From NCBI GenBank assembly GCA_017625755.1, contig JAGAKG010000036.1, positions 559-64,558 of the forward strand: a DNA stretch of 64,000 bases, in the 5' to 3' direction. Positions 44,357 through 54,279 of the stretch are shown here, in pieces. Position numbers and translations under genes: made by a program. Below the pieces are notes generated by a model. That model made no database searches. It was given only the letters and a program-made list of their open reading frames with translations, and was not told the DNA's origin. This stretch comes from Clostridia bacterium (GTDB taxonomy: Bacteria > Bacillota > Clostridia > Oscillospirales > CAG-272). Every line of letters begins with the position of its first letter. Positions within the stretch are counted from its first letter, which is position 1.

Positions 44357-45082
44357 ATGAGTAAAGATATGCAGCAGGAGCAGATGTCCGTTGAGGGCGG
44401 CGCCTATGTTATAAAAAAGAATAAGAAACTGAATATTCTGGCGTTTATCCTCTGTTTGTTGGCGTCGTTCTTTATATGGGTTTATGTTATGAACACCCAG
44501 AACAGCAACTATACAAAGACATTCAGCATAGCAATCGAGGTAATCAATGAGGACAAATTGCTTGAGGAGCGCGGACTCAGTGTTTTCGGCGTTCCCGAGT
44601 TTCCCGTGAGTGTAACTATCCAAGGGAAGAAATCCGATGTCCAGAAGTTCAGCGAGCAGGATTTCAGGGCTTATATAGATGTGTCTACCTTGAAGGAGGC
44701 GGGAAGCGCCTCTGTCAGCGTGGCGGTTGAAACACCGACTACGGCGGTCAGCGTTATGGAGGTATCTCCGAAAACGATAAATATTCATGTCGACTCGCTT
44801 GAAACGGTAAGCGTTCCGATATACGCGCATCCGCACGAGGGCATTGGATTTGAGATAAACGATATAACCCATGTTGAAATAAGCGGGCCTAAGGCTTATG
44901 TCGAGGCGATACACGAGGCGATAGTCGAAATACCTCATTCCGATGATTACTCGGAGGGTGAGACGGTAATATCCTCTGATATCAAGATATATGACAAAAA
45001 TAAAAAGCAGCTTTCCTCTCTGTATATGGAATTCGGAGTCGAGAGCGTCAGCGTGAAGGTAGTATCTGTAAATGAGCAATAA
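44357..45082 (+). CDS. cdaR: CdaA regulatory protein CdaR (YbbR-domain protein)
   Basis: It has an N-terminal TM helix and YbbR-like repeats, and lies immediately after cdaA. Confidence 0.75.
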   Translation: MSKDMQQEQMSVEGGAYVIKKNKKLNILAFILCLLASFFIWVYVMNTQNSNYTKTFSIAIEVINEDKLLEERGLSVFGVPEFPVSVTIQGKKSDVQKFSEQDFRAYIDVSTLKEAGSASVSVAVETPTTAVSVMEVSPKTINIHVDSLETVSVPIYAHPHEGIGFEINDITHVEISGPKAYVEAIHEAIVEIPHSDDYSEGETVISSDIKIYDKNKKQLSSLYMEFGVESVSVKVVSVNEQ

Positions 45083-46700
45083 ATTTGTCGGAGCTGCCAC
45101 GGGGCTGTTGTTCTCGGGAATAAGTCTCTCGCTTGAGACTGACGAGAGCGAGGTCTTCGGGATAGCGGCGTCTGAGGCGAGGCGTGCAGGGATAAACCCT
45201 GCACGGCTTCGCTTTCGTGTATATAAAAAGAGCGTGGACGCGAGAAAGAAAAACAATATAAGGCTCGTCTATTCCGTTGCGGCGTATTCCGATGAGCCCC
45301 TGAAGCTTGACGCTGAGCGGCTGTCGCGCAGAGGGATAAAGGTCATATCCGAGGACGGTGTGGTACCGAGGATAGGCGCGGAGCCTATGCAAAGCCGACC
45401 GCTCGTTGTGGGTATGGGCCCTGCGGGGCTTTTTGCGGCGTTGCTTCTTGCCGAGAATGGGTACAGTCCGATAATAATAGACAGAGGCGACTGTATTGCG
45501 AACAGATGTGCGGTCAATAAGCGGTTTATCGAGCTTGGAGAGCTTGACAGCGAGTGCAATATCCAGTTCGGCGCGGGAGGCGCGGGAACCTTTTCTGACG
45601 GAAAGCTTATGACGAGGATAAACGACAGCAGGATATCCTACATTCTCGAGAGATTTTGCGAGTTTGGCGCGCCCGAGGCGATAATGACCTCGGCAAAGCC
45701 GCATATAGGTACCGATATTCTCGTCGATGTTGTCGACAGAATGCTCAGCCACATAGAAAAAATGGGCGGAGAGGTCATATACAGATGCCGCCTTGACGGT
45801 ATCAGGGAAAATAAAGATAAAACACTTACCGCGCTTACCTCAAGGGGTGAGATAGAGTGCTCGGCACTCATTCTCGCCACGGGGCATAGCGCGAGAGATA
45901 CCTATAAGATGCTGATTGATAGCGGATACGCCATAGCTCCAAAGGACTTTTCGGTGGGAGTCAGAGTAGAGCATCTGAGGGAGAATATCGACCGCGCGCT
46001 GTACGGCGATTTTGCGGGACACCCCGCTCTTGGAGCGGCGGAATACCACCTGTCCGACACAAAGGGTGAGAGGGGAGTATATACCTTCTGTATGTGCCCG
46101 GGGGGACAGATAGTTGCGGGCGCTTCCGAGGAGGGCGGCGTCGTAGTCAACGGAATGAGCAATTACGCGAGAGACGGAGTCAACTCCAATTCCGCGGTTG
46201 CGGTGTCGGTCAATAAAAAGGATTACGGAGCAACGCCCGAGGGGGCGATAGAGTTCCAGAGAAGTATAGAAAGAGCGGCGTTCGTGGTGGCAGGCTCGGA
46301 TTACAGAGCGCCCGTGCAGACGCTTGGTGCGTTTATGCGAGGGGAGCTTGGAGCGGAGCCGTCTGAGGTGCTTCCGACATATAGGGACGGTAGGGTGTCT
46401 CTTTGCAGACTCGATACGCTTTTGCCCGACTTTGTGAGCGCGGGGCTTCGCCGCGGATTTGTTTCCTTTGACCGAAAGCTCTCGGGCTTCGCATCGGATA
46501 GCGCGGTGCTGACGGGAGTTGAGACGAGAACATCGGCGCCCGTGAGGATACTTCGCACCGAGGATATGACGGCGCTCGGACACGCGCTTGTCTACCCCTG
46601 CGGAGAGGGCGCGGGATATGCGGGAGGCATAACCAGCTCGGCGGTCGACGGGTTGCGTACGGCGCTTGCGTTAATGGAGAGATTTGCGCCTCTGAGATGA
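45072..46700 (+). CDS. FAD-dependent oxidoreductase of the COG2509 type
   Basis: It has an N-terminal ferredoxin-like segment (KKSVDARKK), the dinucleotide motif VVGMGPAGLFAAL, and GxGGAGTFSDGKL. Confidence 0.75.
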   Translation: MSNKFVGAATGLLFSGISLSLETDESEVFGIAASEARRAGINPARLRFRVYKKSVDARKKNNIRLVYSVAAYSDEPLKLDAERLSRRGIKVISEDGVVPRIGAEPMQSRPLVVGMGPAGLFAALLLAENGYSPIIIDRGDCIANRCAVNKRFIELGELDSECNIQFGAGGAGTFSDGKLMTRINDSRISYILERFCEFGAPEAIMTSAKPHIGTDILVDVVDRMLSHIEKMGGEVIYRCRLDGIRENKDKTLTALTSRGEIECSALILATGHSARDTYKMLIDSGYAIAPKDFSVGVRVEHLRENIDRALYGDFAGHPALGAAEYHLSDTKGERGVYTFCMCPGGQIVAGASEEGGVVVNGMSNYARDGVNSNSAVAVSVNKKDYGATPEGAIEFQRSIERAAFVVAGSDYRAPVQTLGAFMRGELGAEPSEVLPTYRDGRVSLCRLDTLLPDFVSAGLRRGFVSFDRKLSGFASDSAVLTGVETRTSAPVRILRTEDMTALGHALVYPCGEGAGYAGGITSSAVDGLRTALALMERFAPLR

Positions 46701-46733
46701 TGATAAATTAAGAAAGGCATTTAATATATTTTT

Positions 46734-48932
46734 ATGAGCAGTACGAAAAGAGAGAAAATATGGAGTGAAAAGTATATATGGGACGGCGCGGAGAATGACA
46801 GAGAAATAAAACAGGTCGCGTCTGCTCTTGGTGTTTCTGAAATATTTGCCGTGCTTCTGCGAAACAGAGGCTACGCAAACGCTCAGGACGCGGAGCGCTT
46901 TCTGCGCTTCGAGACAGAGGATTTTCACGACCCCTTTCTTCTCAATGATATAGATAAAGCCGTCGGCAGAATAATGCGGGCGGTAGACGAAAACGAAAAG
47001 ATATGTATATACGGAGATTACGATGTTGATGGAGTTACCTCTGTCAGCTTGCTCTATCTCTATCTGACCTCGCTCGGGGCAGATGTTAAGATAAAAATAC
47101 CCAAGCGCGACGGCGAGGGCTACGGAATGTCACAGACGGCAGTCGATATACTCTCGGAGCAGGGTGTTACGCTTATAATAACCGTTGACACGGGAATAAC
47201 GGCGTATGATGAGATACTTCACGCATCTGATATGGGTATAGATGTGGTCGTAACCGACCACCACGAGTGCAGAGAGGAGCTGCCTGCGGCGCACGCGGTG
47301 GTAAATCCCCACAGACTTGACAGCAAATATCCCTTCTGTGAGCTTGCGGGAGTGGGCGTTGTGTTCAAGCTTGTCTGCGCCATCGAGATGACTATATGCC
47401 GAAAGAACGGCGCGTCGGTGCTTGACGGTGTGAGCAGAGTTTGCAGAGAATACGCCGACCTCGCAGCAATCGGAACGATAGCCGATGTTATGCCGATAAC
47501 CGACGAGAACCGTCTTATCGTCAGTATGGGGCTCAAGCTGCTCGAGAACACAAAAAGGCAGGGCTTGGCGGCGCTGATCGAGGCGGCAAGTCCCGCCAAG
47601 ACAGACTCAAAGACGGCGCCCAAGAAAAGAAAGATATCCTCGGGCTTTATCGGCTTCGGAATAGCGCCGAGAATAAACGCCGCGGGAAGGATAAGCGACT
47701 CTATAATCGCGGTAAATCTTCTGCTTGAAAATGACGAAAAGCGAGCGGAGGAGCTTGCGGCAGAGCTTTGCGAGATAAATAAGCGCAGGCAGACCGAGGA
47801 AAATAAGATAGCCGAGGAAGCCTATGATATCATCGAAAACGAGCACGATTTTGAACACGACACGGTCATCGTGCTTCAGAACGACGACTGGCAGCAGGGA
47901 ATTATCGGAATAGTTTCCTCGCGTATCACCGAGAAATACGGGCTTCCCTCGATTCTCATATCCTTTAAGGGAGCTATGAACGGCGAGCCCGACGCAGAGG
48001 ACTACGGAAAGGGGTCAGGCAGAAGCGTCAAGGGAATGAATCTTGTGGGCGCGCTGAATTACTGCGAGGATCTGCTTGAAAAGTACGGCGGTCACGAGCT
48101 TGCGGCGGGACTTACCGTCAAGAGAGGAAATATTGAGAAATTCAAACGCAGAATAAACGAGTACGCCGCTAAAAATCTCACAGATGAGCTTTATAAGATA
48201 AAGGTTGAGGCGGACTGCGAGCTGAATATGAATCAGCTTACCATGCCCTTTGCCGAGGAGCTGCTCAGGCTCGAGCCGTTTGGCGTCGGCAACCCCACGC
48301 CGCTTTTCGTTATGAAGGATGTGACGGTGCAGAGGGTCATGCAGCTCGGCGGCGGAAAGCACACCAAGCTCATTCTGGAGAAGAACGGAATATCGCTCAG
48401 CGGTATGTATTTCGGAATATCGGCGTCAGAGCTTGGATTTGACGCGGGGGATAAGATAGACCTGCTTTTCAATGTCGATATAAACGACTACAAGAATGTC
48501 AAATCGGTCCAGATGATAATTCAGGACGCAAAGCTTTCGGAAAATTATAAAAGGACAGTCAGCGATTGCAAAAAGAGATACGAGGAGATAAACGGAGGGG
48601 CTACATATACGCCCGAGGAGGATGTTATTCCGACAAGAGAGGATTTCGCGGCGGTATATACCGTTCTGCGCAAGGAATACAGGTCGGGAACTAATCTCCT
48701 TGATTGCAAAACTCTTATGAAGCTCGTAAATTCCTATGACCGTCCAGAGATAAATTACATCAAGCTGAAATATATACTCAGGATAATGAATGAGCTTAAA
48801 ATATGCAGCGTCGAGGAGATAGGCGAGGATATCTTCAAATTCGAGATATTCTTCAACGCAACAAAGACGAGTATAGATAAATCGTCGATACTTAAAAAGC
48901 TTAAAAGCAGATGCTCCGATAGGGTGAAATAA
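46734..48932 (+). CDS. recJ: Single-stranded-DNA-specific exonuclease RecJ
   Basis: DHH motifs are IYGDYDVDGVTS, ITVDTG and VTDHH. The DHHA1 motif is GGHELAAG. Confidence 0.92.
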   Translation: MSSTKREKIWSEKYIWDGAENDREIKQVASALGVSEIFAVLLRNRGYANAQDAERFLRFETEDFHDPFLLNDIDKAVGRIMRAVDENEKICIYGDYDVDGVTSVSLLYLYLTSLGADVKIKIPKRDGEGYGMSQTAVDILSEQGVTLIITVDTGITAYDEILHASDMGIDVVVTDHHECREELPAAHAVVNPHRLDSKYPFCELAGVGVVFKLVCAIEMTICRKNGASVLDGVSRVCREYADLAAIGTIADVMPITDENRLIVSMGLKLLENTKRQGLAALIEAASPAKTDSKTAPKKRKISSGFIGFGIAPRINAAGRISDSIIAVNLLLENDEKRAEELAAELCEINKRRQTEENKIAEEAYDIIENEHDFEHDTVIVLQNDDWQQGIIGIVSSRITEKYGLPSILISFKGAMNGEPDAEDYGKGSGRSVKGMNLVGALNYCEDLLEKYGGHELAAGLTVKRGNIEKFKRRINEYAAKNLTDELYKIKVEADCELNMNQLTMPFAEELLRLEPFGVGNPTPLFVMKDVTVQRVMQLGGGKHTKLILEKNGISLSGMYFGISASELGFDAGDKIDLLFNVDINDYKNVKSVQMIIQDAKLSENYKRTVSDCKKRYEEINGGATYTPEEDVIPTREDFAAVYTVLRKEYRSGTNLLDCKTLMKLVNSYDRPEINYIKLKYILRIMNELKICSVEEIGEDIFKFEIFFNATKTSIDKSSILKKLKSRCSDRVK

Positions 48933-48957
48933 GTCGCCCTCGGAGGGGAGGACTTAT

Positions 48958-51177
48958 ATGCCAACAGGATCCGGCACGGATATCAACAGATTACTTAATA
49001 TTTTATTGGCGACGGGCAAGAAATACGATATCGAGATGATAAAGCGCGCCTACGAATACGCGAAATCGCTTCACGAGGGACAGTTCCGCGTGAGCGGAGA
49101 GCCTTATATCTCGCACCCCGTTGCGGTTGCGGAGATAGTCGCGGGACTTGAGCTTGACACAGACTCTATCTGCGCCGCGCTTCTACACGATACGGTCGAG
49201 GACTGCTCGGAAAAGACAGACCTGAAGGCTATCGAGGCGCAGTTCGGACGCACCGTTGCGATGCTTGTCGACGGACTTACCAAGATGATACACCTCAATA
49301 TCGAGGATAAAGAGGAAGCGCATATCGAGAACATCAGAAAAATGCTTCTCGCTATGTCGAAGGATGTCAGAGTTATCTTTATAAAGCTGTGCGACAGACT
49401 TCATAATATGCGTACGCTCGGAGTCAAGCCCGACGCGAAGCGCCGTGCAACGGCGCTTGAGACGATGCAGGTCTATGCTCCGCTGGCGCACAGACTCGGT
49501 ATGCAGAAGATAAAGCACGAGCTTGAAAATCTCGGACTTTCCTATCTTGACCCGATAGGCTATGAGGAGATACAGAATTATATAGAGGAAAAATACGGAG
49601 AAAATCTCGGCTTTATCGAGAGCATAAGAAGCGCGGTAGACGCAAAGCTCCGTGAGAATGAGATAAACTTTACGCTTGAGGGAAGAATAAAGTCGGTTTA
49701 CAGTATATATCGCAAGATGTATAATCAAAACAAGAGCTTTGACGAGATATATGATTTTTATGCCCTCCGTGTTATCGTGGATACCGAGCTTGAGTGTTAT
49801 ACCGCGCTCGGACTTATACACGAGATGTTCAAGTCTATCCCCGGACGCTTCAAGGACTATATATCGACGCCTAAGCCGAATATGTACCGCTCTCTGCACA
49901 CCACGGTCATAGGACGCGACGGAATCCCCTTTGAGGTGCAGATAAGGACATGGGAGATGCACCATGTTGCCGAATACGGTATCGCGGCGCATTGGAAATA
50001 CAAGTCGGGCGAGCGCTCCAAGGAGGAGATCGACAAGAAGCTTGAGTGGATAGCTAAGCTTATCGAGACCGAGGACGCGGCAAGAGACCCCGATGAGTTT
50101 ATGAACGCCCTCAAGACAGATATCTTCCACGACGAGACCTTCGTTTTCACCCCTCGCGGAGATGTTATCGCGCTCCCGCAGGGCGCAACGGTCATCGACT
50201 TTGCCTACGCGATACATTCGGGCGTAGGAAACTCGATGATAGGCGCGAAGATAAACGGTATGATAGTGCCGATAGACAGAGTTCCGCAGAACGGAGAGAT
50301 AGTTGAGATACTCACCTCTCCATCATCAAAGGGACCGAGCCGCGACTGGCTCAATATCGTTAAGACGAGTGAGGCGAGAACCAAGATACGCGGCTGGTTC
50401 AAGAGGGAAAAGCGACCTGAAAATATCGTTGCGGGTAAGAGTATGGTCGACGGAGAGCTGAAAAAATACGGAAGGTCGTATACCGAGGCGCAGAGAAACG
50501 AGATAGTTACGAATGTCGGTCAGCGCATAGGATTTATGAGCGCGGACGACTTCTATAACACGCTTGGATACGGCGGAATAACGCTCTCCAAGGTCGCGCT
50601 TAAGCTAAAGGACGAGTTTGAGAGAGTGGTCAAGACGCCCGAGGTCGAGGCGCCCAAGACAAATATCACAGCCGAGGATGTAAAGACCTCGAAGCCGAAA
50701 AATCTCAAATCGAACAGCGGTATCGTGGTTGACGGTGCGGATGGGTGTCTTGTCAAATTTGCGCGTTGCTGCAACCCCCTGCCGGGTGACGATGTTATCG
50801 GATTTATCACCAAGGGTTACGGAATATCTATTCATAAGTGCGACTGTCCCAATGTTATCGTGGGAATGGCTAACAACGAGAACCGTGACCGTTGGGTCGA
50901 GGCTCATTGGGAGAGCGAGGGAGATTCCTCTGCCGACTTCTATGAGGCTCAGCTTAAGATACATGTTTACGACAGAATAGGAATTATCGCGGATATTACG
51001 GTAGCTCTGTCGGAAATGAAGGTATTTATTCTCCAGATAAACACGCTTGGCGGTCAGTCGGGACGCTCGATAGTAAATCTCAAGATAAGCTGTAAGAATG
51101 TTTCGCATTACCACTCAATAGTTTCAAGACTGAAATCTCTTGACGGCGTTATTGATGTAACGCGCGGATTTTCGTGA
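48958..51177 (+). CDS. relA: Bifunctional (p)ppGpp synthetase/hydrolase Rel
   Basis: It has an HD domain (HPVAVA...HDTVEDC), a synthetase domain (RIKSVYSIYRKM, DFYALRVIV, YRSLHTTV), a TGS domain and a C-terminal ACT domain. Confidence 0.95.
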   Translation: MPTGSGTDINRLLNILLATGKKYDIEMIKRAYEYAKSLHEGQFRVSGEPYISHPVAVAEIVAGLELDTDSICAALLHDTVEDCSEKTDLKAIEAQFGRTVAMLVDGLTKMIHLNIEDKEEAHIENIRKMLLAMSKDVRVIFIKLCDRLHNMRTLGVKPDAKRRATALETMQVYAPLAHRLGMQKIKHELENLGLSYLDPIGYEEIQNYIEEKYGENLGFIESIRSAVDAKLRENEINFTLEGRIKSVYSIYRKMYNQNKSFDEIYDFYALRVIVDTELECYTALGLIHEMFKSIPGRFKDYISTPKPNMYRSLHTTVIGRDGIPFEVQIRTWEMHHVAEYGIAAHWKYKSGERSKEEIDKKLEWIAKLIETEDAARDPDEFMNALKTDIFHDETFVFTPRGDVIALPQGATVIDFAYAIHSGVGNSMIGAKINGMIVPIDRVPQNGEIVEILTSPSSKGPSRDWLNIVKTSEARTKIRGWFKREKRPENIVAGKSMVDGELKKYGRSYTEAQRNEIVTNVGQRIGFMSADDFYNTLGYGGITLSKVALKLKDEFERVVKTPEVEAPKTNITAEDVKTSKPKNLKSNSGIVVDGADGCLVKFARCCNPLPGDDVIGFITKGYGISIHKCDCPNVIVGMANNENRDRWVEAHWESEGDSSADFYEAQLKIHVYDRIGIIADITVALSEMKVFILQINTLGGQSGRSIVNLKISCKNVSHYHSIVSRLKSLDGVIDVTRGFS

Positions 51178-51190
51178 TACGGGTGACGGT

Positions 51191-51649
51191 ATGATACTTG
51201 TTATACAAAGAGTAAACAGAGCGTCGGTCAGCGTTGGCGGCGAGGTCGTCGGGCGTTGCGGTAAGGGACTTATGATGCTTCTCGGCGTTGCCGAGGGAGA
51301 CGACCGCACGGACGCTGAAGTGCTTGCGGCGAAGGCTGTCAAGCTCAGAATATTTACGGACGATGCCGATAAAATGAATCTCTCGCTAAAGGATATCGGC
51401 GGCGAGGTGCTTGTCGTATCGAATTTTACGCTGCTTGCCAACTATCGAAAGGGAAACAGACCCGATTATATGTCGGCGGCAAATCCCGAGACGGCAAGAG
51501 AGCTTTACGAATATTTCGTATCGCTTCTGCGAGAGGAGATAGAGCAGGTCGGAACGGGAGAGTTCGGAGCGCATATGGAGATAGATATTTCTGCCGACGG
51601 ACCTGTGACCATAGTAATGCGAAGCGATATTTTAAGACAACAAAAATAA
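51191..51649 (+). CDS. dtd: D-aminoacyl-tRNA deacylase
   Basis: MILVIQRV..., VVSNFTL, GEFGAHM. Confidence 0.9.
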   Translation: MILVIQRVNRASVSVGGEVVGRCGKGLMMLLGVAEGDDRTDAEVLAAKAVKLRIFTDDADKMNLSLKDIGGEVLVVSNFTLLANYRKGNRPDYMSAANPETARELYEYFVSLLREEIEQVGTGEFGAHMEIDISADGPVTIVMRSDILRQQK

Positions 51650-51664
51650 GGGAGAAGGCTTGCA

Positions 51665-53158
51665 ATGAACATAAAAATTGAATCACCTGTAAATAAATAT
51701 TATGTGCAGACCTTGTGTATGATCTTCTTCCCGGGGGAGAAATTCGGAGAGCGCGAGGAGGAGCGCGAGGACGCACCCTCGCTTTACCTTAGAACAGAGA
51801 AGCGTGAGGAGTGTATCACGGCAACGGCGCGTATGCGCCTCGGAGACCGTGAGGCGGTCGCCGAGAAGGAGGCTCTGCTGATACCTCAGCGCACTGAGGA
51901 GCGGACGATGAAGATAGCCGTCGGCGCGGCGATACTCGCGGTGGCGGGAGAGCTTGTTGGATACCGACCGTCGTGGGGTATGCTTATCGGAGTGCGCCCC
52001 TCAAAGGTTGCCACCGAAATGCTCAACGGTGGCGTGAGTAAGACGAAGGTAAAGAAGATACTGACCTCGGATTATCTCGTTATTCCCAAAAAGGCTGCGC
52101 TTGCCGTCGATGTGGCGCTCAACGAAAAGAGAATATCGGGAACATCTGCGCCCAAGGATTGCAGCGTTTATATTTCTATACCTTTTTGCCCCTCAAGATG
52201 CACATATTGCTCGTTCGTGTCATATACTTCAAAGAGGCTGCTCGACCTCATTCCCGAATATCTTGAGAGACTGCTTGTTGATATAGAGTCGAATTTCAGA
52301 GTGATATCCGAGCTTGGACTCAATGTTAAGACGGTATATATCGGAGGAGGAACGCCCACGATACTGAGCGCAGACCAGCTAAGGCGCCTGCTCTCCAAGG
52401 TGGCGTCTCTCACCGATGTGAGCGCTCTGGCGGAATACACGCTTGAGGCGGGACGCCCCGATACCATTACGGCGGAGAAATTCGCCATAGCGCGTGAATA
52501 CGGCGTTACGAGAGTCAGCGTAAATCCGCAGACGCTCTGCAACGAGGTGCTTTCGGGAATAGGACGCAGTCACACCGTCGAGGAGTTCTTCAGGGCTTAC
52601 GAGGTGGCGAGAGAGTCGGGAATAAGAACGGTAAATGTTGACCTTATAGCGGGGTTGCCAGGAGATAATTTCAAGGTGTTCTCGAATTCCTACGACCGGA
52701 TTCTTCAGCTCAGACCCGAGAATATAACGGTACATACCTTCTGCGTCAAGCGGTCAGCTGAGGTTCTGAGAAAAAATTCTCAGATATACTCGATAAAGGG
52801 CGGCGACGCGGGAAAGTGCGTCGACTATTCGCAGATAAAGGCAATTCAGAACGGATATCTTCCATATTATATGTATAGACAGAAGAATACCGTGGGAAAC
52901 TATGAAAATGTCGGGTTCTCTCTTGAGGGACACGAGGGACTTTACAACATTTATATGATGGAGGAGCTTCACTCTATATTCGCCGCGGGAGCGGGAGCTG
53001 TGACCAAGCTCGTTGACAACACGGGCAACGACACGAGCGGAAAGTCTATCGAGCGTCTGTTCCACCACAAATATCCCTACGAATATCTCGGCGAGGACAG
53101 AACCGAGAGCTTCCGCGAGGCGGCTATAAAGTTCTACACCGAGCATTCATTGATATAA
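51665..53158 (+). CDS. hemZ: HemZ-like radical SAM coproporphyrinogen dehydrogenase family protein
   Basis: YISIPFCPSRCTYCSF; GGGTPT. It has the long N-terminal extension typical of HemZ. Confidence 0.8.
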   Translation: MNIKIESPVNKYYVQTLCMIFFPGEKFGEREEEREDAPSLYLRTEKREECITATARMRLGDREAVAEKEALLIPQRTEERTMKIAVGAAILAVAGELVGYRPSWGMLIGVRPSKVATEMLNGGVSKTKVKKILTSDYLVIPKKAALAVDVALNEKRISGTSAPKDCSVYISIPFCPSRCTYCSFVSYTSKRLLDLIPEYLERLLVDIESNFRVISELGLNVKTVYIGGGTPTILSADQLRRLLSKVASLTDVSALAEYTLEAGRPDTITAEKFAIAREYGVTRVSVNPQTLCNEVLSGIGRSHTVEEFFRAYEVARESGIRTVNVDLIAGLPGDNFKVFSNSYDRILQLRPENITVHTFCVKRSAEVLRKNSQIYSIKGGDAGKCVDYSQIKAIQNGYLPYYMYRQKNTVGNYENVGFSLEGHEGLYNIYMMEELHSIFAAGAGAVTKLVDNTGNDTSGKSIERLFHHKYPYEYLGEDRTESFREAAIKFYTEHSLI

Positions 53159-53279
53159 TAACGCGGGAGTGACGCTCACGAGTTCGGTCAGGCTATCCGA
53201 CACAGGCAGAAAATGGCTGTTTGTGTCGGATTGCGCGTATTTGGCGTCGGTCTTTTTGATTTGAAAGGAGATTTTTTGT

Positions 53280-54197
53280 ATGAGAAGAATAATAAAAGCT
53301 CCTACGGTTTTTTGTGACGAAGAAGAAAAGAAAGTCTTTGTGCGTGAGTGCGAGGCGGATTTTGAGCGCAGACTCTCGGAGACTGCCGCAAAGATATGCG
53401 CCGCAGAGGACGCTAAGGTCATAACTCTCTCGGGTCCTACCTGCTCGGGAAAGACCACGGCGGCAAATAAGATAATATCCGAGTTCGGAAGCAGAGGAAA
53501 ACGGGTGCATGTTATCTCTATCGACGATTTTTATTATGACAAGGAGATACTGCATAAAAAGTCGGAGCAAAACGGAAAGGGAGAGATAGACTACGATTCC
53601 GCCGACACGATTGACCTTGAGAGCTTTTCGGAGTTCGTGGATAAAATATTTGAGAGCAGGGAGCTTGTCTGCCCCGTGTTTGATTTCAAGTCGGGGAAGC
53701 GTAGCTCGTACAGACGGATATCTTGCTCGGAGAACGATATATTCCTTTTCGAGGGAATACAGGCGATATACCCCGAGGTGAGGGAGATACTTGACACGCA
53801 CGGATATCTGAGCGTGTATATCTCGCCGCGGAGCGCAATTGAAGTGGGCGGAGAGCTTTTTGAGCCAAACGAGATAAGGCTTTTGCGGCGTACGGTCAGG
53901 GATTGCCATTTCAGAGGAACGCCCGCGGAATTTACTATGAAAATATGGAAAAGCGTGCGTGATAACGAGGAAAGAAATATATTTCCTTATGAGAATTCCT
54001 GCCTGTTCTATATAGACTCCACCTTCGCGTATGAGTTGGGCGTCCTGAAGCCCTATCTTGAAGAATACCTTGCCGCGCTCTCGGAGGAGAGCCGATACAG
54101 AGAGCAGGCAGATAAAATACTTGATAAAATAAAGGGTATCGAGAATATTTCAAAGGAATATCTCTTGCCGAATTCTCTGTATAAGGAATTCGTATAA
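53280..54197 (+). CDS. Uridine kinase / phosphoribulokinase family P-loop kinase
   Basis: It has Walker A GPTCSGKTT, DDFY and IFLFEGIQA. Confidence 0.7.
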   Translation: MRRIIKAPTVFCDEEEKKVFVRECEADFERRLSETAAKICAAEDAKVITLSGPTCSGKTTAANKIISEFGSRGKRVHVISIDDFYYDKEILHKKSEQNGKGEIDYDSADTIDLESFSEFVDKIFESRELVCPVFDFKSGKRSSYRRISCSENDIFLFEGIQAIYPEVREILDTHGYLSVYISPRSAIEVGGELFEPNEIRLLRRTVRDCHFRGTPAEFTMKIWKSVRDNEERNIFPYENSCLFYIDSTFAYELGVLKPYLEEYLAALSEESRYREQADKILDKIKGIENISKEYLLPNSLYKEFV

Positions 54198-54279
54198 GGC
54201 TCGTGGCGCTACATAAGTAATACTTTGTTTTTTTGCCGAATAATATTTGGTGATAAGGCGAGTATGAAGGGGTGGTAGC

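Noticed and set aside
49183-50217. Other long antisense ORFs appear in the track: the 344-aa ORF at 49183-50217 inside rel, plus 29903-30994, 34138-35052, 43568-44305, 44327-45256, 45840-46583, 1616-2326 and 32048-32806.
   Set aside because: The cause is the same codon-bias artefact. Each lies opposite a gene with strong family motifs, and none has a convincing RBS or recognisable domain.
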